From positions 74,278,001 to 74,342,000 of the forward strand of contig NC_087436.1 in assembly GCF_036321535.1 (NCBI RefSeq): a DNA stretch of 64,000 nucleotides, given 5' to 3'. Numbering within the stretch: position 1 is the stretch's first letter; each line of letters opens with the position of its first letter. The DNA comes from Camelus dromedarius (lineage: Eukaryota). Made by a program: the position numbers and the translations under genes. Below are positions 37,630-51,472 of this stretch, in pieces. Under the pieces are notes generated by a model that was not told the DNA's origin, ran no database searches, and saw only the letters and a list, made by a program, of their open reading frames with translations.

Positions 37630-38120
37630 CATAGAATTTCAGAGTTAGAAGGGAACTGAAAAATCCAAGCAGTTCAGTTCCTTGTCTCACATGCTTTACA
37701 ACATTTTCCTAGAGTAGTCCACCAGCTGCCATTTGAGCACCATCAGGGAACTTGAACTCGCCAAGTACAAAGGCAGACTATTTCATTTTCAGATCATTTC
37801 AAATCACAATGATGTTCTTCTTTATACTAATTCTTCTAACTTCAATCCTTTCATCCTTCTTAGACCAAACAGAAGATATTGGATGTTTTTTCTACTTGAT
37901 CACCTTCCAGCCTTTTGAGGACAGTTACATTTTTCTGCTAAGTCTTCTCTTTTCCGGGTTAGTCAGTCTTTCATTCCTTCATCTGTTATTTCCAAGTCAT
38001 AATGTCACATCCTGGGCTGTTAAGGTCCCTTTTCCTTGACTGTGTTCTAAATTGTCCACGTCACTCTCGCATGGGTGACATCTAACACAGAACACAGTGC
38101 TTCAGGGAAGACCTGATGAG
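37630..38120 (-). mobile_element. L3/CR1 LINE fragment
   Basis: atagaatttcagagttagaaggga end, taagtcttctcttttccgggtta and gaacacagtgcttcagg motifs. Confidence 0.65.
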
Positions 38121-39806
38121 GACAATAACTTACCTTTTTTAAAAAATTTTTACTAATTTTTATTGAAGTAGCTTACTTTCTTTTTCACAATTTACTTCTG
38201 TTAGGTGCATTAAATGTAGGATTTCATCCAATTATTCAAAAGAAGGGGAAACCAAGGAACTTTATTCTGGAAAGTTTGTTAAAGGAAAAATCACTTCATC
38301 ACTTTATTTTTCTTCAAGCAATTACATAGAGAAAAGAAACCTGTGGACCCAGAATTTTAAATTTTGTGTATTGTAACATCTTTCTGATATGCCATTTTTT
38401 GTTGTAATATTTATCCATGGATAGGAATTGTGTGGAGGTAACAATGCTTAACTTTTCCTAAGTGCCTGAGTAATGACTACTGCAGTACCAAATACTGAGG
38501 TTTCTTAAAAGTGTCTTAAAAATTAAAGAGATTAAATGTTTTAGAGTATTTCTTTATATCAGTGATTCTTTGAAGTGGATGGCTAGCCCCTTAAAGACTA
38601 GGATTTTTTTTTAACAGCTCTCCCTCCCCTCCTTACTGCTGCCTTGATGGAGTCAAGTTTCTGTGAATTCTTTCAGATCCTTGAAAGGTTTACTACTTCC
38701 CGCCTCTACCACAGGATTTAGGTACCCACTCCAGATGCAGATTAGTTTTTGTAACACTAGAAGAAAGTAAAGTAATGGAGTAGGTTTCCCTCAAAAAGCT
38801 TTCTTTGATTTTAAACTGTGTCCATGTATATGTAAGATTTGATTACACTTTAGATGTCTTTGGAGAAATTACTGCTATAATATACAAGACAACATGTGGT
38901 GGCGGGTACCCAAAGGTGGGAGAATACATTAGATGCCCTTGTATCATTTTTCTAAAAAGCATGATTGGGGCATCTGTATAGGAGAGTGTCACCGAAGGTT
39001 TTTACATATCAGGAAACCACTGGCAGAATTAACACTGCCCCTCAGCCATTGACTAAATTATAAAAGGACAAAATCTTAAAGACAAATGAATTTTAACTAA
39101 AGGCCAACTGATTATAGCAGGAATTGTGTGGATATGCGTGGGTATATGTAATTTTGTGGAACATTCTGTTGAAAATGTTTAGGAGGTAATCACATGCCAC
39201 CTAAACATTTTCTGAGGGATGAATCCATCCCCTGCCCCATCCCCTCCTGATCTCAAAAACCCACATTGACTCTGTAAAATGTATGATATGGTTTCCTCTT
39301 CTTAAAGAGGTGACCTTTTCCAGGCCAATTAAAAGGTGCTGCTTTGAGGACATTGGAACCCATGCTCAAAGGGATGAAAGGAAATTGAAACGTATGTGAA
39401 AAGGAGCTAATGATGCCTGGAGCAGTTGGGATTAAAAAAGAACAAAGTCAATTTTAAAAAGATCCCCAAATCAAAGAGCTGCTTCTCTCATTAAATACCA
39501 AGAGAAAGCAAAATCATTTTTAATGAAAAATGGGGCCATGGAAGCAGCCTGTTGTCTAGATCCTGGGGCTTCAGTCAAAACCAGTGAGAAGTTTTGAGTA
39601 AAATCCTTTGAACTTCTTGGGGAAAATATGCTACATAAATTAAGATACTGTCATAAAAGATAAACTAGCTTTTCTCTCAAATTAGATAAAATGATCCAGG
39701 AAGATATTCAAACACTAACAATAGAAAGGAGTGTATATATAGGATTAATTTATAACTGATTCCCCATCTGACCTAAAATAAATCCTGGCTAAAAATTTAG
39801 CATTTT

Positions 39807-41499
39807 AAAAAGTTGAGATATAATAGATGTATAACAGTGTGCTAGTTTTAGGTGTACAACATAATGATTTGAATTGTATATATGCTGTGAAACGATCACC
39901 TCAGTAAGTTTACTTGATATTCATCACCACACACTGTTATAATTTTCTTCTTGTGATGAGAATTTCTAAGATTTATTCTCTTAGCATCTTTCAAACATAC
40001 AATACAGTATTAGTAACTGTAGTCACCATGCTGTACATGACATCCCCAGGACTTACTTACCTTATAACTGGACCTTTGTACCTTTGGCCACCTTCACACA
40101 TTTTGCTCACCCCATTCACCCATTCGTCTACTGATGGACACTTAGGTTGTTCCCATGTTTTGGCTATTGTAAATAATGCTGCCATCAACATGGAAGTGCA
40201 GATATCTATTTAAGTAGGTGTCTTTATTTCCTTCAGCTAATACCCAGAAGTGGGATTGCTGGATCTCATGGTAGTTCTATGTTAAAAATTTTAACACACT
40301 GTTTTCCATAGTGGCTGCATCAATTTACATTCCCACCAACACTGCACAAGGGTTCCCTTTTCTCTACATCCTCACCAACACTTGTTATTTCTTGTCTTTT
40401 TGATAATAGCCATTCTAACAGGTATGAAGTGATGCCTCACTGTGGTTCTGATTTGCATTTCCCTGATGGTTAGTGATGCCGAGCACTTTTTCATGTACCT
40501 ATTGGCCATCTGTATGTCTTCTTTAGAAAGACGTCTTCAGTTTCTCTGCCCCTTTTTAAAATGGATTGTTTTGGGTTTTGCTATTGAATTGTATAAGTTC
40601 TTTATATATTTTGGATGTTAACCACTTACTGGATATATGATTTGCAAATATGTTCTCCCATTCTGTAGGTTGCCATTTAACTTTGTTGATGATTTTCTTT
40701 GCTGCACAGAAGGTTTTTAGTTTGATGTAGTTCCACTTGTTTATTTCTGCTTTTAGTGTCAAGTCCGAAAATCATTGTCAAGACTGATGTTAAGGAGCCT
40801 ACCCTCCATGTTTTATTCTGGGAGTTTTATGGTTTCAGGCATCATGTTCAAGTCTTTAATCCATTTTGAGTTGATTTTTGTGTATGGTATAAGATAGTGG
40901 TCATTTTAATCTTTTGCATGTGCCTGTCCAGTTTTCCCAATGCCATTTAATAAAGAAACTATCCTTCCCCCATTGTATATTCATGGCTTTTTTTCATAAA
41001 TTAATTGGCCATATATGTGTGGGTCTATTTCTGGGTCCTCCATCCTGTTCCTTTGATTAACGTGTCTGTGTTTGTGCTCATACCGTACTAGCTCATATAT
41101 TATATGTTATAGTAGTAGATTTATAATGTAGTTTGAAATCAGGAAGTGTGATGCCTCCAGCTTTGTTCTCAAGATTGCTTTGTCTATTTGGGGTTGTTTG
41201 TGGTTCCATATAAATTTTAGGATTGTTTGTTCAATTTCTATGAAAAATGCCAATTCAATTTTGAAAGGATTGCATTGAATCTGTAGATTGCTTTGAACAA
41301 TATGGACATTTTAACAATATTAATTCTTCCAATCCATGAGTACAGAATATCTTACCATTTATTTGCATCTTCTGCAATTTCTGTCATCAGTGTCTATATA
41401 GTTTTCAGTGTACAGGACTTTCACCTCCTTGGTTAAATTTATTGCTAGGTATTTTATTCTTTTTGATGCCATTGTTAATGGGTTATTTTCTTAATTTCT
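39807..41499 (-). mobile_element. L1 (about 1.7 kb, 5'-truncated; ORF2 3' part and 3'UTR)
   Basis: Minus [50 protein letters not shown](T/C)TAGCATTTT at 39792-39806 and 41500-41514. Confidence 0.93.
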
Positions 41500-41620
41500 A
41501 AAATCTAGCATTTTGATGACCTGTAAACTACACAGTAACAGTCATTAGGTGATTGCCGTGGATAGTAATTATTACAACCTTGGTAGGTTGTTCACTTCTT
41601 AATACAGTTTAGTAACCATC

Positions 41621-42196
41621 TGTATTAGTCTGCTCAGTCTGCCATAACACAATACCACAGCCTGGGTGGCTTAAACAATAGAAATTTATTTTCTCACAGA
41701 TCTGGAGGCTGGAAAGTCCAAGATCAAGATCAAGGTTCCAGCAGGGCTTGGCTTCTGGTGAGAGCTCACTGCCTGGCTTACAGCTGGCCACCTTCTTGCT
41801 ATATCCTCACAGGGCCTTTCCTGGGTGCATGCAAAAGTGCAGCAGAAAGGGGTGAGGGGTACAGCTCAGTGGTAGAGTGCACGCTTAGCATGCATGAGGT
41901 CTTGGGTTCAATCCCCAGTACCTACATTAAGAAAAACAAATAAATAAACCTAATTATCCCCTATTGAAGAAAAAAGGTTAAAAAATTTTTTTAAAGAAGT
42001 GCAGCCAAAAGAGAAGGGAAAAAGGAGCTCTTTGGTGTCTCTTATAAGGACACTAATCTTCTTAAATTAGGGCCTCACCTTTATGACCTCATTTAACCTT
42101 TCTTACAGGCTCCTATCTCCAAATACAGCCATATTGGGGGTTAGGATTTCAACATATGAATTGGGAGGGTGGGGCACAAATATTCAGTCTATAACA
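41621..42196 (-). mobile_element. MLT1A-like MaLR solo LTR, interrupted by a SINE
   Basis: TG...CA ends (tgtattagtc ... cagtctataaca). 5-bp TSD CCATC/CCATG. ggcttaaacaatagaaatttattttctcacag motif. Confidence 0.88.
41849..41995 (+). mobile_element. tRNA-Ala-derived SINE (vic-1-like) nested in the MLT1 LTR
   Basis: acagctcagtggtagagtgcacgcttagcatgcatgaggtcttgggttcaatcccc. TSD core AAGTGCAGC at 41835-41843 and 41997-42005. Confidence 0.92.
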
Positions 42197-43480
42197 CCAT
42201 GCAACAATAACTAAGAGGTCAGGGAACTCCTGGCCTTGAAAAGGGCCCAGGCTTCCTACCACATGTGCACATCACTGGGTAATGCCTTTGCCGCTTAGAA
42301 GATAGTTGGGTGGGTAGCTGGCAAGCCATCAGGAAACCTAAAAGCAGGCTAGTGCTGCATTTTCTGTTCGTTCAAATTATAAATGAACTAATTGCCCAAG
42401 CCAAGGAGCACCACATCCTTGAAGAGAAGCCTCTTCATTACACATTTACATGATCTCCCATGAGATATGTTTAATGGCACTGTAGCCAATGGGAAATTCT
42501 CTATCATAAGCCATCATTTGGGGACATTGTTTATCTATCCAGCGAATCAGGGCATTGGCAAAGTAAGCTTCACGGAGTCCAACTTCACTACCCCTGAACT
42601 TTTACCTGGGTATGGTTTTCATGCTGGATAAAACCATTATTTTAGAATTAAAAAGGTTTTCTAGAATAAAGCAGGTCACTCCTCCTTATACTAAGACTCA
42701 AAGATACTTTATTGTGGGGTTAGGATTTCAGCATACAAATTGGATTGGGAGGGGGAATGCCTTATCTAGTATGAATTAAGTGCTAAATTTGGTGACTAAA
42801 AAGAAGGACACAGCCACTTGGGTGCCAGTGTGTATGAAGCAGAGGTGAACATATCCAGTGTTGGCGATCAGTTTTAGCAGTTTAATAACTGGAGCTAGAT
42901 AAAGAAAAAAAAGAGTTGCTGAGACAAGGAAGGTGGCTCGTCTCAAAAACAAAAAGACATCTGGACTGATAAGAGGGCAACTGAAAGAGGAGCTAAAGAT
43001 AACCAGGAGAAACTGATCATAAATTTGCCTCAAGGTTCAGACAGGGGGTCACGCAGCTGAATTATAGGCAGGGGTCACTGGGGTGGTTTAGCACTTAAAA
43101 GTCCTGGTTTCCATACCTCTAGGCAGCCTCCTTTACCATGTGGCTCGTCTCCAAACATTAGGTGGTGGAATATATATGGGTGATAATAATTGCCCAGTAT
43201 TCTAGATTATGCATAATTTTAAAAAATGTTTTATTGGTGCACAGTTGATCAGGTTATGCATTGTTGATGGGACTATGAGTTCCCTGAAATGTGGGTCAGC
43301 CTGTGTCCCATGTCACAGGCTACTGCTTCAGCTGTGCTATGTCAAATGGCTAATAAAAAACTCACTTGATAGCTTAAACGTTTTACTAGTTACATTTCCC
43401 CTGTGATCCCAGGAAGGAGGCCAGGCCTTCCTGGAAAGGGTGTTCAAGTTACAAGTTTTCGCAAGGTATGAAATACATTT

Positions 43481-43482
<2 letters not shown>

Positions 43483-43546
<64 letters not shown>
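43483..43546. repeat. (GT)n microsatellite, about 32 perfect units
   Basis: Read directly from the sequence. Confidence 0.98.
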
Positions 43547-43548
<2 letters not shown>

Positions 43549-43945
43549 TTCAACAACACCATAGCTGGTAAGCTAATAGATTCACCCATATGGCCCAGGC
43601 ATTCTAGCTGGTTTTTCAGGGATGAAGTCCTAGAGCAGGTAGATCATGTGGGTGCATTGGGAGAGAAGTGGGGGAAGAGGGCCATGCATCCCACTCCATG
43701 GACCCTGAGTAGGACCTTTGCTTTATGTAAAGTACGATTGTAAACATAGAACTGAGCTCCTGCAGATCTGATGCTGTGAAATGAGTGAATTCGTGCAGAA
43801 CTGCTCAATAAACTGAAAGCAGGATACTGTACAATTATTTGATGTATCTCAAGCATGATTATCATTTCTGCCCCTAGGGCCACTAAGCTGCCGGCAGTAG
43901 GAATCCCATATTGTGGTCTTCCACGTGCCAGACCCCGTCTTGGAT

Positions 43946-44168
43946 CAGGACTTTTCACACTTGGCTCTTATTAACATGTGGGGCTGGATGACTCTTTGTT
44001 GTGGGGTGTGAGGTGGGGCTCCCCTAGGCACTTAAGCAGCATCCTTGGCCTCTACCCACCAGCTAGTAGAAGGACACTCCCTCCGCTACCGACTGTGATA
44101 ACCTGAATGTCTCCAGACATTGTGAAATGTCCCCCGGGAGCAAAATGGCCCCTGGTTGCGAACCAGTG
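43946..44168 (+). mobile_element. MER20-like hAT DNA transposon
   Basis: gcagcatccttggcctctacccac...aatgtctccagacattg...cctggttgcgaaccagtg. Degenerate 8-bp TSD TCTTGGAT/TCCTAGAC. Confidence 0.85.
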
Positions 44169-44239
44169 TCCTAGACACAGGACCTGTTTGAGCTGGGGTG
44201 TGGTGTATGCAAAGAGCATGAGCTGGCTGTCACACTGCT

Positions 44240-44900
44240 GTCCTCATTCCAGCATTCACCTTGTTGACCAAGCCCTTGCTGTGTGCCAGGTGGTAGGGAT
44301 AGAAGGATGAAGAAGACATGGTCTTTCCTGTAAGGAGAAGAGTCTAGGAAAGGAGAAATACTCATAAATAAATAAATTGCCAGTCTGTGGGGTGAATGCA
44401 GTGAAACAGACATGCTCAGGAGCTGGAAGCACATGATAGCAGTCGGCGGGGAGAGAGAGCTCCCGGCCCGGCCTGGGAGGCATCCCAAGAAAGCTGGAGG
44501 CATCAAGGAAGGCTTTCCTGAGTTGCTGAGTCTGAGCTGAGTTTTAAAAGGTAAGTGAAGGGAGGAGGTGAGAGCACTGGACAGAGGCATAATTCAGTGC
44601 TGTAATGTTGAGGCACAAGACAAGGTGCAGAGGTGAAAAGAAGCCTAGAGAGTGACTGTGTTGGGCAGGGGATGCTGCAAGTCTGGAGGCGTCCACAGGA
44701 CGGCCTTGCTTGCAGTTCTAAGAACTTGTGCTTTATCCTAGGAGGTGGGGAGTCATTGGGAGGTTGAAGGCAGGGAGTGGCATGTTTTTGTTGTTTATAC
44801 CAATTGCTTCCGTCGTATGCAGAGAATGGATTTGAGAGGCACAAGAGTGAAAGCAGGGAGACCAACTGAGGAGGCCAAGAGACAATAATTCAGGTGAGAG
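44240..44900 (-). mobile_element. L2 3' fragment
   Basis: gtgtgccagg...aagacatggtc...caaggaaggctttcctgag...ctgagttttaaaagg. Confidence 0.75.
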
Positions 44901-45959
44901 CAACCCCAGGGGACTGCCTGTCACACTTGTTCTCAGGTGCCCCTCTCTGGGACTAGCATGTGGGAAGTATTCAGAGGAGGGAACCTCTGTATTATGCTGT
45001 CATACCAACTTCTTCTCATCCCCATTTTGCAAATCGAAGCTCAGAGGGAAAAAGTGGTTAGTCCCATCACACAGCTAGTGACTTGAGCCCTGTTTGACTC
45101 TCTAACTTCTATCCCAGTCTGCTGCGTGCCTTTGGCTAAGTGGTGAAAATGACTTCACTCAGAAAGAAGTGGACTCGGTTTCCACTGGCTTTTATGCTAG
45201 GTAGGTGCTCAGTGTTTACTGAACGGAGGAGTGATTGTTGTGCATGAAAATTAAACCAATATCTATGTATCATGTGTATGCATTCCAAACTGTTGAGGGG
45301 AAAATGAAGTTGCTCACTAATGATTCCATGCAAATAGCACCTACCTAGGCTACAACCTTAGTCTCTTGTCAGGTTCTGGGCATCTTCAAGTCCTGGGGCC
45401 AGGAGTGCATGGTTCTGCCTCTTTTTTAAACACCACGTCTCTTCAGACACATAGCCAGGGACATTTGTATAACAGATGCTTGTTGAATGAGTTGGATGTA
45501 TATATAAGCATCACCATTAAGTTCTGGGCCAGTAAGAGGACCTCCAGTTCTACTATCAGTTATCTGAAAGTATTAAATGTGACCAAGACCAGGAATGACT
45601 GCTGGGAAGGAAACGGGGATGATGGCCACTAGGCTAAGTGCTGAATCTTATAGATGTCACTAAGATAAACACAAAGAAGTTCCTGTGTTCCTTCTCTCTA
45701 GGATCGCTCCCTTAACCTTTCCTTCTCCAGATCTAGACTTCAAAGCTCCTGGAAGAACCAAGACACAGAAGTGTAGGATTAGTTGCCCAATTTACTTATA
45801 TTTTAAGAAAGTGTCCCCAAAGGCCAGTTAAGTCTGTCTGACAGCAGTGACAGATCTCATCATCAGAAAAATCCAAGAATGATTATAGCCTATGACCTGT
45901 GACCGCTCTAAAAGGCTTTTAAGTTTCGCTGGGGAATGTCACTGCTGTGTCTCTCTTGG

Positions 45960-46160
45960 GCTGTTAGAAAGCGCAGGGGCTTTGCAGGCCAGTGGACTCA
46001 ACCATATAGTCACTTACCAGCTGTGAACTGGGAACATCACTTAACTCCTGCTTGGCCCCAATTTCCCCAGATGAAAAATTGAAATAGTACTTACCTTAAA
46101 GAGTTGTGAAAAGTCTAACACAGTTCCTGGCACTTGTGGGTACTTAATAAATGTGTTTAT
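45960..46160 (+). mobile_element. MIR SINE
   Basis: cacttaccagctgtg...tcacttaac...atagtacttacc...acagttcctggcac...taataaatg. Confidence 0.75.
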
Positions 46161-46519
46161 CCCTTTGATCATCATACAGGTTGAGGATTAGAAGTTCCTC
46201 CCAAAACATTTATGTTAGGTCATTGATATGGTGAGAGGTTTCACTCATAAGTATCAGCATATGTATTTTTAAAATAGTTTTGCATTTTGTCTGATTGTGA
46301 GAGACAGTCATGCAGAGTAGAAGACATACACTATTTGAAGTCAAAGGAATTGGTTTGATTCATTTTGTCAACTTTTCCCCTGAGAAGTGACCCACACATT
46401 CATCTGTAGCTCCCCACTCTGTTCAAAGCTATTTGCCATAACTTGAGTTGCCTTCACTTATCCTGAACATCCCTGCTCATTACTAGCTCTAAAAATTAAA
46501 AATGGGATATTAATTACAA

Positions 46520-47428
46520 TCTCTTTTGGCCTCTGCTCCCAATTCCAGTGGGGGATTGGCATCTGCCCCCAATTCCAGTGGGATGTCCCCACACTGACAA
46601 GCAGTGCTCTGTCACCAGCAGGGTGTTTGAGAATTCAACTCAGTTCTGAGACAGTCTGCCCAGAGATAGCATCAGATTCCATAGGTTAAGGGTTCAGTCC
46701 TACAAGACTGAACACAACACACTTCAGAATGAGACGCAGCCCAGGTTACTTGTGCTTCTGATATACAGACCACAAACTGGAGGTTCCAAAGACCCCCTCC
46801 AACTTGGGATGCCAGTCACAAGTCCGGGCTGTTACCTGGACTTCTGGCCAACTGGCTATACATCAGAAGTTCCCACGACTTCCTCCTTGGGTTCACTTAA
46901 TTTGCTAGAGCAGCTCACAGAACTCAAAAAAAATGACCACCAGTTTATTGTGAAAGAATGTAACTTGGGAACAGCCCAATGGAAAAGATGCCTTGGGCAA
47001 GGTACAGCGGGAGGGAGTAGGGCTTCCATCCTCTCTCCAGGTGCTCCACCTCCCCAGCCTCCACGTGTTCACCAGCCTGGAAGCTTTCTGAACTCTGTCC
47101 TTTTGGGGTTTTGTGGAGGCTTTATTGCATAGGCACAACTGATAAGATCACTGGCCATTGGTGATTGAAGTTGACCTCCTGTCCCTCTGCCGTCTGGGTC
47201 TGGGGTTAGGACTGAAAGTTCCAACCCTCTTATTTTAAGATTAGCTCCACTGGCAACTGGCAACAACCTGAGGTGCCTTCCAAAAGTCATCTCATTAACA
47301 TAAGAAAAGACACTGTGAAGCTTCCATCCCTTAGGAAATTGTGAGGTCTGGGAACTGTGAGCCAGAAACTGGGGAAAGATCTGGAAGACTGAATAGATAT
47401 ATATTTCTTATAAATTACAATAGCATAC
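46520..47428 (-). mobile_element. MER21-like ERV solo LTR
   Basis: aattcaactcagttctga...gcatcagattccataggttaaggg...taatttgctagagcagctcacagaactca...gataagatcactggccattggtgatt...cttataaattacaatagcata. Confidence 0.75.
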
Positions 47429-49321
47429 CATCCACTTAAAACAGTCTCCTTTGGTTTCAGGTGCCCTCTGCTCTGTTAAAGTAACCAAGCAGTGAGTGTG
47501 TTGCTGTTCAAAGTCCCCTTGGGGTTGAGATTCTGTTTCTATGGTGCAACAGTGACATCCATTGGCCTGTTGCACTAATTATAGAGAAAACCTGCTTCTC
47601 GGCTCTGTGACTATTGGGTTTCCTGATAGAGACATACGAAGAGAACAGACCATCTCGGAGGCCCAACGAGTCAGTCAGGCTAGTAGTGGTCAGTACCTGG
47701 TTCCCTGCGGACTGGGCTGATTTCAGGACCCTTTCCAAGGACACATGTTCTCAGGCCAGTGCCACCTGTGTCTTCCTTTATGGTCATGTAGGGCGATCCT
47801 GGAATTGGTCCTGTCTTCGTAGAGTTCAGTACATTCATGAGGCTGTGGGGAAACCACTGGCTTGGGGTTCAAATATTCCACTGAATGCATCCGCCAGGGC
47901 AGCTCCCTTCACCTCTGGACCTTTTCCACACAGATAAAATGAAGTTGATAACAATACCTGTTTTGCAGTTGCCAAGGACTTTTCCATACAATTTATAATA
48001 AATCCCCACAATCCCACAGTTGTGAACATGAGGGCACACGCTGACACTGACATATCTGTTTAGTGCCCACCAGACTGTGAGGTTGGGGAGCTGACCACCA
48101 GATCACAGGTTTTCCAACCTCCAGCCTCGGTTTTTGGTGAGTGATTTGTGTTCACTGCCCTTGTTGGCATTCACAGGTCATTCAGAAATTCTTGCTTCAT
48201 TTCGGAAAGAACCCTGGGGAGGGGTTCTAAAGATAGAAAAGCAAAGGAAAGTTTATGTGGCTGGATCTGAGATTGAGCAATGAGTGCATGCCTTCATGTA
48301 GAAAAAGAAAATCAGGACTGGTTTTCATCTCCATAGGGAATGGAACAGGAAATAGCAAGACTAAAAATATTTATTTCCGCCTACTGTGTGTCAGATACTC
48401 AGGCATTAAGAATAAAGGATAAATAAGACAAACCATTGCATGCCCCCCAAAACCTCGTTTTCAAGTGAGGGGTACAATCCAGGCATAGTGAATTATAACA
48501 GTGTACTAGGAGTTATGTTAAGGATTCCTGCAGGGTACAATGGGAACCCCTTCCAACCCCCTCACCCCCAGTGTACATGATTGGTAGGATCCAAGTAATG
48601 GCTAATGTGGGCACCTTTGGATGGAAAAATGGGTGAATAGTCTCAGTTCCACTCAAAGCCAAAAATATCAAACATTTCTCAATATCAAAATCAAGCAGAT
48701 TGAAAAACTGACCAGTCAGATACATACCACTTACATAAAAGAACAAAACCTATGGATTCAGTGGCACATTGTATCATTTCCTAGTAAAAAAAAAATTGGG
48801 GGGGGGTAATAATTAGAGAATTTGTAACTAGTTTCTAGTGTATGTAGCCAAACCCATTTCTGACTCATTAGTACAGCTTTTTCAAATCATTGTTATGATT
48901 AAACAAACCAAAAACAAAGACTCACCTAAGAAAGTATCTCATTGAGAGTCGATTCTGTCTTCTCTGGTTGGCTCCCTAACAGGAAAGTTTGGTTCCAGTG
49001 CCCCTCTTATTAAATCGTCTCAGTTTAACTCTCATTGTAAGTACTTGAGGCTCATTCTTCAGCCCTCCGCTCCTCTCGTCTCCCTAGCAACAACTTCCCC
49101 AGGTGAACTTACTGACTCTTTCCCTCCAGAGAGGCTGAGTGCCTATCACTTTCTATTTACCAGTGGAACTTCCTAAGGACAGAGGCCAACAGACCCAAGA
49201 CATCTTGCCAAACAGGTGGCCTCGCTGCTTCTCACTGCCTTTCCCACCTCCCCCCATTCTAACCACTAGAGCTTCTTAGAAAAATTACAGCCCACCTTTC
49301 TTTCCCTCTTTCTAAAGCGTT

Positions 49322-49426
49322 TCTTTTTAAATTTTTTAATTTATTTAGAATTTTAAAAATTTAGATATAGTCAGTTTACAATGTTCTGTCAATTTCTGGT
49401 GTACGGCACAATAGTTCAGTCATACG
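49322..49426 (-). mobile_element. Short L1 3' terminus
   Basis: tatagtcagtttacaatgtt...aatttctggtgtac preceded by a T-rich tail. Confidence 0.8.
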
Positions 49427-49619
49427 TAAAGCAGCACTTCTCATACTGGTCATTTTCATTTACAGCCACATTAGTCAAACTGAGAAAACTTTAGCTTACA
49501 ATTGTTGGCTCTGTTTAGAGTCCTTTCACAAGCACCAGAGTATATAACTCTGTGGAATCCAGTGAAATTTCTATGGGCTTTGAGAAGCTTCTTCCACCAA
49601 GTAAGAAAAGATGAGTTTA

Positions 49620-49876
49620 CACAGATACAGAGAACAAACTAGTGGTCACCAGTGGGGTGAGGGAGGGGGGAGGGACTATGTGGGGGTGGGAGACTAAGAG
49701 GTATAAACTATTAGGGACAAAATAAGCTACATGGATATATTGTACAACATGGGGAATATAGCCAATATTTAACAGTAACTCTAAATGGAGTATAATCTTT
49801 CAAAACTGTGAATCACTGTGTTGTACACCTGTAACTCACATAATAATTGTATGTCAACTATATTACAATTAAAAAA
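49620..49876 (+). mobile_element. Short L1 3'UTR insertion
   Basis: acagagaacaaactagtggt, G-rich tract, gaatcactgtgttgtacacctg. Perfect 17-bp TSD AAGAAAAGATGAGTTTA at 49603-49619 and 49877-49893. Confidence 0.92.
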
Positions 49877-50489
49877 AAGAAAAGATGAGTTTATTTTAAC
49901 TGAAGCAGCTCATCCCCAGTGTATTACACATTCCCCAGTGTGTTCATGTTAAGAAACCAGGAGTGTAGCTGCACAGCAGTGACCCCTTCAGTGCTCAGTG
50001 TGCCAGGTGTCACCTGGAGGCCACCTCTGTGGGTTGCTGTCCCTTGGCCATCAGATCTGAGCATTTGAAGCTCCCGCCCCATCTCCCTCACATGGGAGTC
50101 TCAGGGCAATTCCCCTTGTCCTGTGCACCCAACTCCTGTCCAGAGCCTTCTTGCTTGGGTAGCTGCAGCCTCCCAGCATCTTTGCCATTCACCTTTAAGC
50201 ATTTTGGACTTGGGCATCAAATAAACTTGTAGTAGGGTTTTTTTGTTTTTTTGTTTTTTTTGGTAGCAATTTTTTGCAAGACTATTTGAGGAAGTCTGTG
50301 CAGGGGTTTGAGATTCTCTAGATGGGCCTCACTGCCCATCAATTTTCCATCCAGCTGCTCAGGCACTCATACGTCCGAGTCTCTGGGTTAATTCTTGCCC
50401 TGTCTGCTTTTAAATGGATACTCCTAAGAGAGAGTCATTAACACCTTAGTGATAACTAGTCTGCAACATATAGGTTTGAATTATTTTCT

Positions 50490-50857
50490 AATTTGTTTTT
50501 CAATATATTTTTATGGAGAGATCATTTACAAACTGAAATGTATGCTTAAGTATTACATGAGTGAGTCCTGACAAATATCTACACCTGTGTAAACTACACC
50601 TCTATCAAGATATAGACCATTTTTGAAACAAATGAACTTATTTACAAAATAGAAGCAGATTCACAGACATAGAAAACAAACTTTTGTATGTGGTTATGGA
50701 GGGGGAGGGGAGGGAGGGATAAATTGGGAGTTTGGGATTTGCAGATACTAACTACTCTATATAAAATAGATAAACATCAAAGTCCTACTGTATAGCACAG
50801 GGAACTATATTCTATACCTTGTAATAGCCTATAATAAAAAAGAATATGAGAAGGAAT

Positions 50858-50902
<45 letters not shown>

Positions 50903-51470
50903 TTTAACTGAATCATTGTGCTGTACACCAGAAATTAACACAACATGGTAAACTGACTATACTTATATTTGAAAAAAAAGAAAAGAAAAAAGATACAGAC
51001 CATTTTAATCATCCCCCAAAGTTCTGTGCCCCTTCCTAGTCCATCCCCACCCCTGCCCCCAGGTATCCAGTGTTCTGGTATATTTCACTATAGATTAGTT
51101 TTGCTTATTCTAGAACTTCTTATAAATGAAATAGCACAGTATGTACTTTTTATGTGGTATTTTTTAACTCAGCATAATGTTTTTGAACTTCATCCTTGTT
51201 GTTGCTTGTATTCATTGTTTATCCATCCTCCTGCTGATGGACACTGGGGCTGTGTCCTGTGTGGGGCTATTATGAATAAAGCTACTATGGCTATTAGAGT
51301 ACAAGTCTTTTTGGAGACATATGTTTTCATTTCTCTTGGGTGAATACCTGAGTGAGATGCTTGATTACAGAGTAGATGTGTGTTTGCCTAATAAGAAACT
51401 TCCATACCATGTTCCAAAGTGGTTGTAACATCTTACAATCCAATTCCAGCCTTCTCGACATTTGCTGGCA
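50490..51470 (-). mobile_element. Old L1M 3' end, split by a younger L1 (50624-50989)
   Basis: atagattagttttgcttattctagaactt...tgatggacactgggc...gaataaagctactatg...ttccaaagtggttgta. Confidence 0.8.
50624..50989 (+). mobile_element. Short L1 3'UTR insertion containing (TA)n(CA)n
   Basis: aaatgaacttatttacaaaa...gggataaattgggagtttggg...aaactgactatact plus A tail. TSD AAGATA(T/C)AGACCATTTT at 50607-50623 and 50990-51006. Confidence 0.92.
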
Positions 51471-51472
51471 GC

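Noticed and set aside
46530..46585. Tandem TCTGC(T/C)CCCAATTCCAGTGGG duplication as a separate element
   Set aside because: It lies at the edge of the MER21-like LTR and is most simply a local duplication within it.
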